Source: Mobula hypostoma (Eukaryota). Taken from it: a stretch of 64,000 bases of DNA. The stretch lies in assembly GCF_963921235.1 (NCBI RefSeq), contig NC_086118.1, positions 20,834,001 through 20,898,000 of the forward strand, given 5' to 3'. The notes under the pieces were generated by a model. The model searched no databases and had not been told where the DNA came from. It saw nothing but the letters and a program-made list of their open reading frames with translations. A program made the translations under genes and the position numbers. Each line of letters opens with the position of its first letter. Within the stretch, counting starts at the first letter, position 1. This document shows positions 52,560 through 64,000 of the stretch, one piece after another.

Positions 52560-55222
52560 CAGGTTTCCCCCGCCATCCAAAGGTAGAGCTTGCCTATGAA
52601 ACAGTTCCTAAGCCAGAATGTCGTAAAGCGAAGAAGCAATTACCATTTATTTACAGGAGTCCCTCGCTTTTCGAACGTTCGCTTTACGAAACCTCACTGT
52701 TATGAAAGACCTACATTAGTTCCCTGCTTTCGCTTTCAGAAGGTGTTTTCACCGTTATGGGGAAAAAGCAGCGCGTGATGAAAAATCAGCACACGAAAAA
52801 ATCAGCGCGCGCCCCGAGCAGCCACTCTCCTCCGGATTCGGAACTGCAATCTCGCTGGCATTGCTTAAACACGTGCCTGTGAGCAGCCGTTAGCAAGATG
52901 AGTTCTAAGGTATCGGAAAAGCCTAAAAGAGCTCGTAAGGGTGTTACACTTAGCGTAAAACTAGACATAATTAAGCGTTTCCATCGTGGTGAGCGAAGTA
53001 AGGACAAAGTGAGTTTGGCTTGTGGAAGTTGATGAAGATGATGTTGAAGAGGTTTTGGCATCCCATGACCAAGATCTGATAGATGAAGAGCTGATGCAAT
53101 TGGAAGAGGAAAGGATAACAATCGAAACTGAATGCCGTAGCGAACTGAGCGTGAAGCAACTACGTGAGATTTTCGCTGCAATGATAAAGTACGACTTTAA
53201 TTTTGAAAGGGTATGTCGGTTTAGGGGATATTTGCAAGATGGTTTGAGTCCTTACAAAGAACTGAATGATAGAAAAATGCATGAGGCTCAGCAGTCAAGC
53301 AAGCCTTCCACATCAGCCACATCAGACGACGAACCTCGACCTTCGACATTGAGGCGGGCAGTCATAGGAGAAGATGAGCTGCCTGCCCTAATGGAAACAG
53401 ACGATGATGAGATGACACCTCAGTGTCCCACCACCCCAACCCCCAGGCTGTGGACAGATACCGATTCGCGGAGAATGCTGCGGTAGCCGGGAGGCACACA
53501 GCACATCTTTAAGAAAAAAGCCGAAATAAACATGCTAATTAATTAGGTGCAGCCCGACACGTAATTGTCAGCCCAGATCAGAGGCGACACAATCGGCAGT
53601 CCCATATACATAAATGGTAATTGCTTCTTCGCTTTACAACATTCCGGCTTACGAACCGTTTCATAGGAACGCTCTACCTTTGGATGGCGGGGGAAACCTG
53701 TATATGGGAAAAATTTGTGAGTGTTTGCAGACCCAAAAATAACCTACCAAATCATGCCAAATAACACATAAAACCTAAAATAACAGTAACATATAGTAAA
53801 AGCAGGAATGATATGATAAGTACACAGCCTATATAAAGTAGAAATACTTCTCTATAATCATTGCCTGCACTATTCTCTGTAGCGAAAATCTCACGCAAGC
53901 GCTTTTGGCAGAAACATGGCGCAAGCGCTCTCGGCGGAAACACTCTCTCCAGTAACCTTTAAGCTATGAAGCTGCTCAATCATACCAAGTAACACATAAA
54001 AATAGACAGCCGATATAAAGTAGAAATAATGTATGTACAGTGTAGTATCACTTACGGGAATTGGGAAGACATCGAGCACACTGATGATGGTGTGTTAGGC
54101 TGAGTCGTTGGAGGGTGGGGTGATGCAGTGGCCCCCACCCTCCGGGCCACTGACTGATACCGATCCGCAAAGTATGCAGTGGTAGCTGGGATGCACCCAA
54201 CACATCTTTAAGAAAAAAGCCGAAATAAACAAGCTAATCAATTAGGTGCCGCCCAGCACGTAAATGTCGGCCCAGATCAGAGGCAATTGCTGATTGCGTC
54301 GCCTCTGATCTGGGCTGACATTTATGTGCCAGGCGGCACCTAATTAATTAGTCTGTTTATTTTGGCTTTTTTTTCTCAAAGATGTGCTGGGTGCGTCCCG
54401 GCTACTGCTGCATTCTCCGCGAATCGGTATCTGTCCGCGGCCCAGGGGTTGGGGTGGTGGGACATTGAGGTGTCGTCTGTTTCCACCAGGGCAGGCAGGC
54501 CATCTTCTTCTATGTCTGTCTGCCTCGATGTCGAAGGTCGAGGTTCGTTGTCTGCTGTGGCTGATGTAAGGCTTGCTTGACTGTGAGCCTCGTGCATTTT
54601 TCTACCATACGGTTCTTTGTAAGCACTCAATCCATCCTGCAAATATGCCCTAAACCGATGTACCCTTTCAAGATTAAAGTCGTACTTTTCTGCAATCATT
54701 GCAGCGAAAATCTCACGCAGTTGCTTCGTATTCAGTTCCTGGACGAATTCACTTTTGGTCCATTCGCTACTGCATTCGGTTTTGATTGTCATCCTATCCT
54801 CTTCCAATTGCATCAGCTCTTCATCTATCAGTTCTTGGTCAAGGGATGCCAAAATCTCTTCAACATCATCTTCGTCAACTTCCACAAGCCAAACTCACTT
54901 TGTCCTTACTTTGTTCACCACGATCGAAACGCTTAATTATATCTAGTAACACCCTTACGAGCTCTTTTCCGATACCTTAGAACTCATCTTGCAAACGGCT
55001 GCTCACAGGCACGTGTTTAAGCAATGCCAGCTAGAATGCAGTTCCCGGGGAGAGCGGCTGCTTGGGGCGCGCGCTGCCTTTTATCGCGCGGATTTTTTTC
55101 GCGTGCTGCCTTTTTTCGTAACAGTGAAAACACCTTCTGTTAGCGAAAACAGGTAACTAATGTAGGTCTTTCATAACAGTGAAGTTTCGTAAAGCGAACG
55201 TTCGGAAAGCGGGGGACACCTG
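52560..55222 (-). mobile_element. Tigger/pogo-like non-autonomous element (outer copy; same family as 17948-19549)
   Basis: TA-flanked, same termini and body as 17948-19549 including the internal hairpin (about 54195-54395). Interrupted at 52653/53701. Confidence 0.9.
52654..53700 (+). mobile_element. Tigger/pogo-like non-autonomous element (inner copy, opposite orientation)
   Basis: CAGGAGTCCCTCGC...GCGGGGGAAACCTG flanked by TA at 52652-53 and 53701-02. Contains MSSKVSEKPKRARKGVTLSVKLDIIKRF from ATG 52898 and the acidic C-terminal segment. Confidence 0.9.
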
Positions 55223-55364
55223 TATTCCATCTTTAATATTCTATGAAGTATCTTAAACATTAACTGCTCTTGCAAAATTTCTGTTGTCCTTTTCATTTTT
55301 TTTTCTACTGAACTTGAAGATTTTAAAACTTCCTTTTGGCAATTGGATACATGCACAAAATAGA

Positions 55365-56005
55365 AATAAAAATAGCCAAGGCTGGAAGAAGTCATCAGAT
55401 AAGGCAGCATCCTTGCAGAGACAGAAAAACAAGTAAATGTTTCTTGGCAATAACTCTTCATCAGAGCTCGAAAGTAGGGAAATAAGTGTATTTTAAGTTG
55501 CACAAAATGAGAGAGGTGGAGGGAAAACTGACAAGCAGCTGGAAGCCCGGAATTGTTATTGCAGACTGAACAGAGATGGTCTGTGAAAAGATTACCTGAT
55601 CTGCAACTGGTGCCTCCTATACTTTTAATACTCTATTCTGACCTCTTATGTTGTTTCATTGTGAGTTCTCAATGCCTCTCACTGGTGTTTTCAGAAATTT
55701 CAGGCATCAAGTTATTTTCTGTCGCCATGTATTTGCTGGATATTTTAGATTTCATTTTCTTCTTTTCTGGCTTTAAGTGTAAATATTTAAAATAATGAAT
55801 GTCTTTATGACTCTGAATCCTATCACAAATATACCCTCTGTTCACTCAATTACTTCTGCCTTTTTGCAACTTTTGCATGTTTGTTTTCTCACTTTCCCAG
55901 TTCTGATGAAGAGTCAATTACCTTACCTATGACTTTGGTTCTGTCTCCACAGATGCTGCTTGATCAGCTGAGTTGTTCAAGCATTTTCTGTAATTTTATT
56001 TTCTG
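55365..56005. mobile_element. Old Penelope-like inverted-terminus element
   Basis: Left GCTGGAAGAAGTCA..GGCAGCATC..CTCTTCATCAG is inverted against right CTGATGAAGAG..GATGCTGC..CTGAGTTGTTCAAGCATTTT. Confidence 0.55.
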
Positions 56006-56690
56006 TCTTCTGAATTTTTGCCGTATACACAAAATTGAGATAATCTTAATATTTGTCAATGATATGAAGAAGTACTTTTATTGTCATTTAAAATTACGGT
56101 GATTAATTTGTACATGTGCATTATCTAGTAATGTATTTAAATTTATATATATTTCCAAATAGAATCTAATTCTACACCGATTTTTTTTGTGTGGCCTTTT
56201 TCACTCAAGATGAAAATTATTACTTCTCATGTCTCCATTTTAATCTTGTTAAATAGCAGTGCATTGTCCTCTTTAAGCTGTTTTGGATACTAAGTTAAAA
56301 GGGATAATAAATGCAAGGGCCACATTTTAGACATGAACCTTTCCTGCTTCTCTGTAATTAAAAATCTGTAACACTATATTGTACTTATGGTCCTTAATGA
56401 GGCACACCCTGTAAAGTTTCTGTTTTTGTAATATATTTGTGTGCATCCTTGTATAGCTCCTTACATTTCATTCAATGACAGTGAATAAAATTTCAGTTCG
56501 TTGCATCCCAAATATATCAGAGGTGTGTGATGCATGTATCTTCTTAAGATATATGCATTTGATATTAGTGTATATACAGCTTGACATGTAAAAGTTTTTA
56601 TGAAAAGGGACTTCAGCATATTTTCTTTCCTTAAGTTAAAAATATAATAATTTTTCCTGAAAATAATGGAGTGCTTTTATGTTTTCACAG

Positions 56691-56764
56691 TGCTATTCGA
56701 GAACTAACCGCAAAGACCCTCCATAATCTTACTCCATACGCTCCAGAATACATGGCAAACAATG
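56691..56764 (+). CDS. TBCD: TBCD internal coding exon, 74 bp
   Basis: TTTTCACAG acceptor and G|GTGATG donor. Encodes AIRELTAKTLHNLTPYAPEYMANN; phase fits both neighbours. Confidence 0.93.
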
Positions 56765-58429
56765 GTGATGTGTAGTTTTCTTCAAATTGTTCTGCTTTTA
56801 ACAATACATGCAATGCTAACAGCAGATTATTTGTTGATTTGTACAACTGTTTTGGTGTAATAGTGTTCATTGTAATTTAGTTAACTGGAAATCAAAGTTT
56901 AAAAAGCCTGATTCTAAATATGATCAACAGAAAAAAACTATAAACTTCAGTTCTGATTCTTGAAAAACTTACTCTGTTTTATTCTATATCAGGTTTTATA
57001 ACTGTCAATTCCATCCAGTCAACTATCTTTACTTTCCATTAAACAGCTGGTTCTAACAAGATGCCTCCTTCATCTTTAAGATATGTGTCACAGAAACTAA
57101 CTGCACATTATCCAATTTCCTTCGTCTCTTTATGTTCATTTCTTCTCTTTCATTAGAAACCTTTTAATTATATGTTCATTTCTAATATGTAATATCATAT
57201 TTCAGGTTAGTCTACGAGTTACCTTTGTATTATAAATTTCCACGGTCACAATTATTATTATATCTCTTTAAAATATTTGGTTAATCCATGATGACAGACC
57301 ATACCTCCTAAATTACACAGATCTATTGCCACTGGCCATTTCCAAAAGTTTTATTAAGATGTAGCTTGATGCATTTTGTTGAAATTTTTCCTATATTGTT
57401 GGTGTTCAGTGCACAATTTGAGATATGGCCTTTCATAAGAACTTGACACCAAAGATGACTACCATTTCATTGAAAAGGCACCCATTACTTTGTTCTACTC
57501 GTTTTTGAGATCCAGATACTGTTGGTATTGCCAGGATTTATTGCCCATCCCTACTTGTTATTTGTTGCTTATCAGCTGATGCTTGAATGTGCAGCAGGTC
57601 TTTACTGTACCAAGTATGGGCTGCTATACTTGCTGAGGAATTGAAAAGGAATTGAGCATTGCCCAGGCACTAGTGAATATCCACATTTTAGTCTTTTCCT
57701 GTTACTTTGTAGCTTTCTCATAAAGTCTCTTAAAATGTTTGTCTGCTCTGGAAAGCTGAAATGAAATTTCCTCTACTACTCATCACTGTAAGGTATTTCA
57801 TGTCTTAACAATCATTTGCTGAGTGAGTTTTTTTTTCCCCTCTCCCTTTTCCTTTCCTCTGTATTGGTTTACCTACCAGAGAAAATAGTCACTTTGTAAG
57901 TTGTTGAACTTCCTAATCATCTATAGTTCTGGTCTCTGTTCAGAGCTATAACTTATCTACTATGATAACCTCCTGAAAAATCTACACAATGTTCTCAAAA
58001 ATCTAGTGATCTGTTGTTCTTTCTCAAATGAGGTGGGCTGCATCTCACAATGTCTTCCATGAATTAACCTTTATTTTTAACAAACTTGGCTGGAAGGGGC
58101 ATCTGTTAATGAGATGATATTATCTACAAATGCCATGCTTTTAAGTTGTAGGAAGTGCTTTTATATTATAACTGGCCAGGAGTCCTCTAACATCAGTCAC
58201 GAGTTTAAAATCTGTTCCATATTAATGTATTTCCAAACAGGTTTCTGCACCTTGCACAGTATCATATGGCTCCTTCAAATTCAGAAGTTGCATCCTATTT
58301 CACTATAAGCGAGATTAACTGTCTCTTCCTCATTCTTCTACAGTCTATGATAGGATTCACCACGTGTTCCATTAAATTCACATCTAGCTTACTGGAATGG
58401 TTAAGGAAAGTAAATTAAAGGCATACTTC

Positions 58430-59030
58430 ATTAGGAGTTTGAAGAGATTTGGTATGTCAACAAATACACTCTAATACACTCTAAAACATCTATAGATGTA
58501 CCGGGAGAGCATTCTGCAGGCTGTATCACTGTCTGGTAAAGGGGGGGGGTGGGGGGCTACTGCACAGGGCTGAAAGAGGCTGCAGAGGGTTGTAAATTTA
58601 GTCAGCTCCATCTTGGGTACTAGCCTACAAAGTACCCAGGACATCCTCAAGGAGCGGTGTCTCAGAAAGGCAGTGTCTATTATTAAGGATCTCCAGCACC
58701 CAGGGCATGCCCTTTTCTCACTATTACCATCAGCTTGGAGGTACAGAAGCCTGAAGGCACACACTGAGCGATTCAGGAACAGCTTCTTCCCCTCTGCCAT
58801 CCGATTCCTAAAAGGACATTGAACCCGCAAACACAACCTCACTGTTTTAATACATATTATTTCTGTTTTTGCACAACTTTTAATCTATTCAATATATGTA
58901 TACTGTAATTGATTTATTTATTATTATTATTTTTTCTTCTTTTGTGTTATGTATTGCATTGAACTACTGCATTGCTAAGTTTAAAAATTTCACGACACAT
59001 GCTGGTGAAAGAAAACTCATTCTGAATCTG
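58430..59030 (+). mobile_element. Rex1/Babar-type LINE 3' end
   Basis: CLRKAVSIIKDLQHPGHALFSLLPSAWRYRSLKAHTERFRNSFFPSAIR, then a 3' UTR with a TCTGAATCTGA tail. Confidence 0.85.
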
Positions 59031-59201
59031 AAATTGCATTGCTTTTAAGAACCACTACATTGTTGGTCCTTCTAAATTTTAGTTAGAATTGTGCTATTTG
59101 CTTGAAGAACAAAAAATTCATGCCATATTGACTGAATGATAGTTGATGTGTTTTGCATTAATATGTTTTCAGCTATTTAAAGGAATTGTTTTTTCTTGTA
59201 G

Positions 59202-59319
59202 CTTTGTCACAGTTGTTACCTTTAGCAACGGGCATTGATTTGAATACACGTCATGGTGCAGTATTGGCCTGTGCAGAGATTGTTTATGCACTCAACAAAA
59301 TATCTGTTGAGAACAACAG
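59202..59319 (+). CDS. TBCD: TBCD internal coding exon, 118 bp
   Basis: TTTTTTCTTGTAG acceptor and AG|GTATGA donor. Encodes (A)[38 protein letters not shown](R), matching the TBCD DL..RHG..LACAE motif. Confidence 0.95.
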
Positions 59320-59708
59320 GTATGAGATTATTCAATGTGTTCAATTAAATAAAGCATGAATATATGTAACAGTCTAACTAAAGGAGAATAATAAAATTAT
59401 TAATAATTATCAGTGAAAGAGGAGACAGTGAAGTAATGCTTTTATTAGTAACTGTTAACTAGGCTAACTTAGAACTGCTTTGTTTCCCTAAAGTTTCTCA
59501 GATTTTGTAATTATTAGTAACTCGTGCTCTGCTGCCTCAGTAATAAACAGATTAGTGTGCATCATTTAAGATTTCTTGGTCTGTTATGTTAACAGATGTG
59601 CTTCCCTAGTTCAATAAATGAATTACTTCTAACAACATATTAAGAACTTAAATTGAACTTTCAGACTTGAATCAAAGCAATTCTTTACATTTTCTTGCTA
59701 TGATTGTA

Positions 59709-61306
59709 GAAACACCATTTCCAGAAGTTGGGATATTTTCCAAAATGCAATAAAAACAAAAATCTGTGATATGTTAATTCACGTGAACCTTTATTTAACT
59801 GACAAAAGTACAAAGAAAAGATTTTCAATAGTTTTACTGACCAACATAATTATATTTTGCAAACATACACAAAGAATGTGATGGCTGCAACACACTCAAC
59901 AAAAGTTGGGACAGAGGCACGTTTACCATTATGTTACATCACCTTTCCTTTTAATAACACTTTTTAATCGTTTTGGAGCTGAGGATACTAATTGTAGTAG
60001 ATTTGCAATTGGAAATTTTGTCCATTCTTAATTGATATAAGACTTCAGCTGCTCAACAGTCCGTGGTCTCCGTTGTCTGATTCTCCTCTTCATGATGCAC
60101 CATGCATTTTCAATAGGAGATATATCTGGACTGGCAGCAGGTCAGTCAAGCACACGTACTCTGTGTCTACAAAGCCACACTGTTGTAGCCCGTGCAGAAT
60201 GTGGTCTGGCATTGTCCTGCTGAAGTAAGCATGGACGTCCCGGGAAGAGACGTCACCTTGATGGCAACATATGTCTCTCTTAAAATCCTAATATACGCCT
60301 CAGAGTCAATGGTACCTTCACATACATGCAACTCACCCATGCCGTGGGCACTGATGCACCCCCATACCGTCACAGATGCTGGCTTTTGCACCTTTCACTG
60401 ATAACAATCTGGACAGTCGTTTTCATCTTTGGCACGGAGAACTCGACACCCGTTTTTTCCGAAAACTAGCTGAAATGTGGACTCATCTGACCGCAGCACA
60501 CAGTTCCACGGTCTTTCTGTCCATCTGAGATGAGCTTGGGCCCAGAGAACTCGCCGGCGTTTCTGCATAGAGTTGATGTATGGCTTCCTCCTTGCGTCAT
60601 ACAGTTTCAAGTTGCATTTCTGGATGCAGCGACGGACTGTGTTGAGTGACAATGGTTTTCCAAAGTACTCCCGAGCCCAGGTGGCTATAATTGTCACAGT
60701 AGCATGACGGTTTCTCAGGCAGTGCCGCCTGAGGGCTTGAAGATCACGTGCATTCAACAGTGGTTTCCGACCTTGCCCTTTACGCACTGAGATGTCTCTG
60801 AATTCTCTGAATCTTTTCACAATATTATGTACTGTAGATGTTGAAAGACCTAAATTCTCTGCAATCTTGTGTTGAGAAATGTTCCTTTTGAACTGACTAA
60901 CAATTCTCTCATGAATTTTGGTACAAAGGGGTGAGCCACGACCCATCCTTTTTTGCAAAGTCTGAGCCTTTGATGGACGCTACTTTTATACACAGTCATG
61001 ATACCTCACCTGCTACCAATTAGCCTGCTTAACGTGGAGTCTTCCAAACCGTGTTACTTGAATATTCTGTGCACTTTTCAATCTTATTTTAACTCTGTCC
61101 CAACTTTTGTTGAGTGCGTTGCAGCCATCAAATTCTAAATTTGTGTATATTTACAAAATACAATTAAATTGGTCAGTAAAACTATTGAAAATCTTTTCTT
61201 TGTACTTTTGTCAGTTAAATAAAGGTTCACGTGCATTAACATACCACAGATTTTTGTTTTTATTGCATTTTGGAAAATATCACAACTTTTCTGGAAATGG
61301 GATTTG
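59709..61306 (-). mobile_element. Full-length Tc1-family transposon, about 1.6 kb
   Basis: TA-flanked, with ~200-bp TIRs (CCATTTCCAGAA..GTTG.GATATTTTCCAAAATGCAATAAAAACAAAAATCTGTG). Confidence 0.93.
59924..60946 (-). pseudogene. Tc1 DD34E-type transposase pseudogene
   Basis: MGRGSPL..KIAENLGLSTSTVHNIVKRF (HTH), GRKP, VLRSDESTF, VWGCIS..G, QQDNARPH, SPDISPIEN. Disrupted by stops and a frameshift near 60280. Confidence 0.9.
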
Positions 61307-61415
61307 TAATATTTTGTATCTTTGGTAGCAAAAACTAACCTACAAAACAATGAGCAACACACATCAAAGTTGCTGGTGAGCGCAGCAGGCCAGGCAGCAT
61401 CTCTAGGAAGAGGTA

Positions 61416-61452
61416 CAGTTGACGTTTCAGGCCGAGACCCTTCGTCAGGACT
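61416..61452 (-). ncRNA. Minimal type I hammerhead ribozyme motif, Penelope-associated
   Basis: Minus strand reads AGUC-CUGACGA-AGGGUCUCGGCCU-GAAA-CG-UC-AACUG: intact CUGANGA and GAAA boxes, GUC cleavage triplet, short helix II and palindromic ACGU helix III. One mismatch at the base of helix I. Confidence 0.72.
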
Positions 61453-62310
61453 AACTGAAGGAAGAGCTAGTAAGAGATTTAAAAGTGGGAGGGGGAGGGG
61501 GAGATCCAAAATGATAGGAGAAGACAGGTGGGGGAGGGATGGAGCCAAGAGCTGAACAGGTGATTGGCAAAAGGGGTATGAGAGGATCATGGGACAAGAG
61601 GCCCAGGGAGAAGGAAAAGGCGGCGGGGGGGAAAGCCCAGAGGATGGGCAAGGGGTATAGTCAGAGGGCCCCAGACAGTCCTTCCAGGTGAGGCGACACT
61701 TCACCTGTGTGTTGGCCGGGGTGATGTACTGCGTCCGGTGCTCCTGATGTGGCCTTCTGTATATTGGCGAGACCTGACGCAGACTGGGAGATCATTTTGC
61801 TGAACACCTACACTCTGTTCGCCAGAGAAAGCAGGATCTCCCAGTGGCCACACATTTTAATTCCACATCCCATTCCCATTCTGACATGTCTATCCATGGC
61901 CTCCTCTACTGTAAAGATGAAGCCACACTCAGGATGGAGGAACAACACCTTATATTACATCTGGGTAGCCTCCAACCTGATGGCATGAACTTTGACTTTT
62001 CTAACTTCCGCTAATGCCCCACCTCCCCCTCGTACCCCATCCGTTATTTATTTTTATACACACATTCTTTCTCTCTCTCTCCTTTTTCTCCCTCTGTCCC
62101 TCTGACTATACCCCTTGCCCATCCTCTGGGCTTCCCCCTCCCCCTTTTCCTTCTCCCTGGGCCTCCTGTCCCATGATCCTCTCATATCCCTTTTGCCAAT
62201 CAACTGTCCAGCTCTTGGCTCCATCCCTCCCCCTCCTGTCTTCTCCTATCATTTTGGATCTCCCCCTCCCCCTCCCACTTTTAAATCTCTTACTAGCTGT
62301 TTCTTCAGTT

Positions 62311-62347
62311 AGTCCTGACGAAGGGTCTCGGCCTGAAACGGCAACTG
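62311..62347 (+). ncRNA. Hammerhead motif with cleavage triplet mutated (GUC to GGC)
   Basis: AGUC-CUGACGA-AGGGUCUCGGCCU-GAAA-CG-GC-AACUG. Confidence 0.6.
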
Positions 62348-62504
62348 TACCTCTTCCTGGAGATGCTGCCAGGCCTGCTGCGTTCACCAGCAACTTTGAT
62401 GTGTGTTGCTTGAATTTCCAGCATCTGCAGAATTCCTTGGGTTTGCGCTACAAAATAATGATTTATTTGGGGGAGTCTAGGACCAGAAGGCACAGCACCG
62501 GAAT

Positions 62505-63800
62505 AGAGAGACATCCCCTACCACAGGAAACGTCCTCTCCAACTGCACTCTGTCTAGGCCTTTCAACATTCAATAGGTTTCAATGAGATAGTCCCTCATT
62601 ATTCTAAATTCCAGTGAGAAAAGATCCAGAGTCATCACTCACTGCTGATACGATAAGCCTTTGATCATTCCTGGAATCATTCTTGTGAACCTCTACTGTA
62701 CCTTCACCGTGTCACAAATTCTTTCTTAAATAAGGAGCCCAAAACTGCTCATGATACTCCATGTGAGGCCTCATCAGTGCCTTATAAAGCCTCAGTGTTA
62801 CATCCTTGCTTTTCTATTTTTGTCCTCTTAAAATGAATGCTAACATACTATTTGCCTTCCTCTCCACTGACTCAATCTGCAAATTCACCTTCAGGAAATC
62901 CTGCAGAAGGACTTCCAAGTCATTTTGCATCTCAGACTTTTGTATTTTCTCTCCATTTAAAAGATAATCAGTGCCTTTATTCTTTCTACCAAAGTGCATG
63001 ACCATACACTTCCAGACAGTATATTCTATTTGCCACTTCTTTGCCTATTCTCCTAATCTACCCATGTCCTTCTGCAGCCTCCCTGCTTTCTCAATACTTC
63101 CTGCCCTTGTACCTTTAAATCGTCTGTAACTTTGTCACAAAGCAATCAATTCCATCATCCAAATCATTGACGTAGAACGTAAAAAGCAGTGGTGCACCCC
63201 TGTGGAACACCACTAGTCACCGGCAACCAATCAGAAAAGGCTCCCCCTCATTCCCAATCTTTGCCTCCTTCCAATCAGACAATGCTCTATCCATGGTAGT
63301 AGCTTTCATGTAATACCATGAACTCTTGTCTTGTTAAGCAGCCTCATGTGCAGCATCTTGTCAAAGGCCTTCTGAAAACCCAAGTACACAACATCTACTG
63401 ATTCTCCTTTGTCTTTTCTGCTTGTTATTTCCTCAAAGAATTCCAACAGATTTGTCAGGCAAGATATTCTGTGAAGGAAGCTATGCTGACTTTGGACTAT
63501 TTTATCATTTACCTCCAAGTGCCCTGAAACTACATCCTTAACAAATGGCTCCAACAAATTCCCAACCACTGAGTTCTGGCAATCTGGCCTATAATTTCCT
63601 CTCTTCTGCCTCCCTCCCTTCTTAAAGAGCAGAGTAAAGTTTGCAATGTTCCAATCCTATGGAACTATTCCAGAATCCAGTGTTTCTTGAAAGATCATTA
63701 CAAAGCCCTCACAATCTCTTCAACTCCCTCTTTCAGAACCCTGGGGCATAGCCATCTGATTGAGGTCTTTCAGATCTTTCAGTTTCGCAAGCACCTAGTA
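62505..63800 (-). mobile_element. Decayed CR1 LINE RT region
   Basis: Minus ORFs SQHSFLHRISCLTNLLEFFEEIT..VDVVYLGFQKAFDK and VMHFGRKNK..YLLNGEKI. Confidence 0.88.
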
Positions 63801-64000
63801 GTAGCAAATGCACTTACTTCTGCTCTCTGACACTCTCGATTTTGCAACTCTGCATTATTAATTTTCCTTCTGTCTCTGTTCATGTACTATTCAAGATAAT
63901 CTGTCCATGAGGTTCATTTTTTCTCCTCTTTGATCCATACCCATACCCCAACCTGCGTATTTGTACTGTAAATGATCCAAAAATTCCTTTCATAATTTAC

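Larger units (their letters stand above)
61354..62447 (+). mobile_element. Penelope-like element: inverted partial pLTR, GIY-YIG C-terminus, pLTR
   Basis: 61353-61668 is the reverse complement of 62098-62410. The centre encodes GPRQSFQVRRHFTC..GVMYCVRCS*CGLLYIGET*RRLGDHFAEH..PVATHFN..EEQHLI..LGSLQPDGMN. TSD CTACAAAA(C/T)AATGA at 61340-53 and 62448-61. Confidence 0.92.

Noticed and set aside
53022..53486. Acidic 154-169 aa ORF open in all three Tigger-like copies (also 18686-19189 and 54376-54885) as a novel protein
   Set aside because: It starts at GTG, is the C-terminal remnant of a deleted transposase, and in the inner copy is out of frame with the upstream ATG-initiated N-terminal piece (stop near 53030). 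The C-termini differ between copies.
61135..62586. Proline-rich ~190-aa ORFs on both strands (61135-61704 minus, 62014-62586 plus)
   Set aside because: These are translations of the pyrimidine-rich Penelope pLTR arms; their similarity simply reflects the inverted repeat.

Overview
Eukaryotic, repeat-rich vertebrate DNA. The repeat repertoire (CR1 and Rex1/Babar LINEs, HE1-type V-SINE, Penelope termini) points to a cartilaginous fish, probably a ray; this is inference. The whole window lies inside one + strand gene, TBCD (tubulin-specific chaperone D). Seven small GT-AG exons (157, 58, 30, 86, 81, 74 and 118 bp; 604 nt) splice in frame into a conserved middle segment of the protein. Everything else is intron filled with transposable elements: many CR1 and Rex1/Babar fragments, an R4/Dong-like fragment, two Tc1 elements, a mariner MITE, Tigger/pogo-derived non-autonomous elements, nested hAT MITEs, a solo LTR and Penelope-like elements. 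I see no novel protein-coding system. The most notable items are (1) minimal hammerhead-ribozyme motifs in several Penelope termini, including a complete inverted-pLTR/GIY-YIG insertion with a target-site duplication; (2) a nested composite hAT element carrying pieces of three other transposon types; and (3) a Tigger derivative inserted head-to-head into its own family member, making a ~2.6 kb palindrome. Exon, TIR and TSD coordinates were counted directly. Boundaries of decayed LINE fragments are approximate, and family names come from motif recognition, not database searches.
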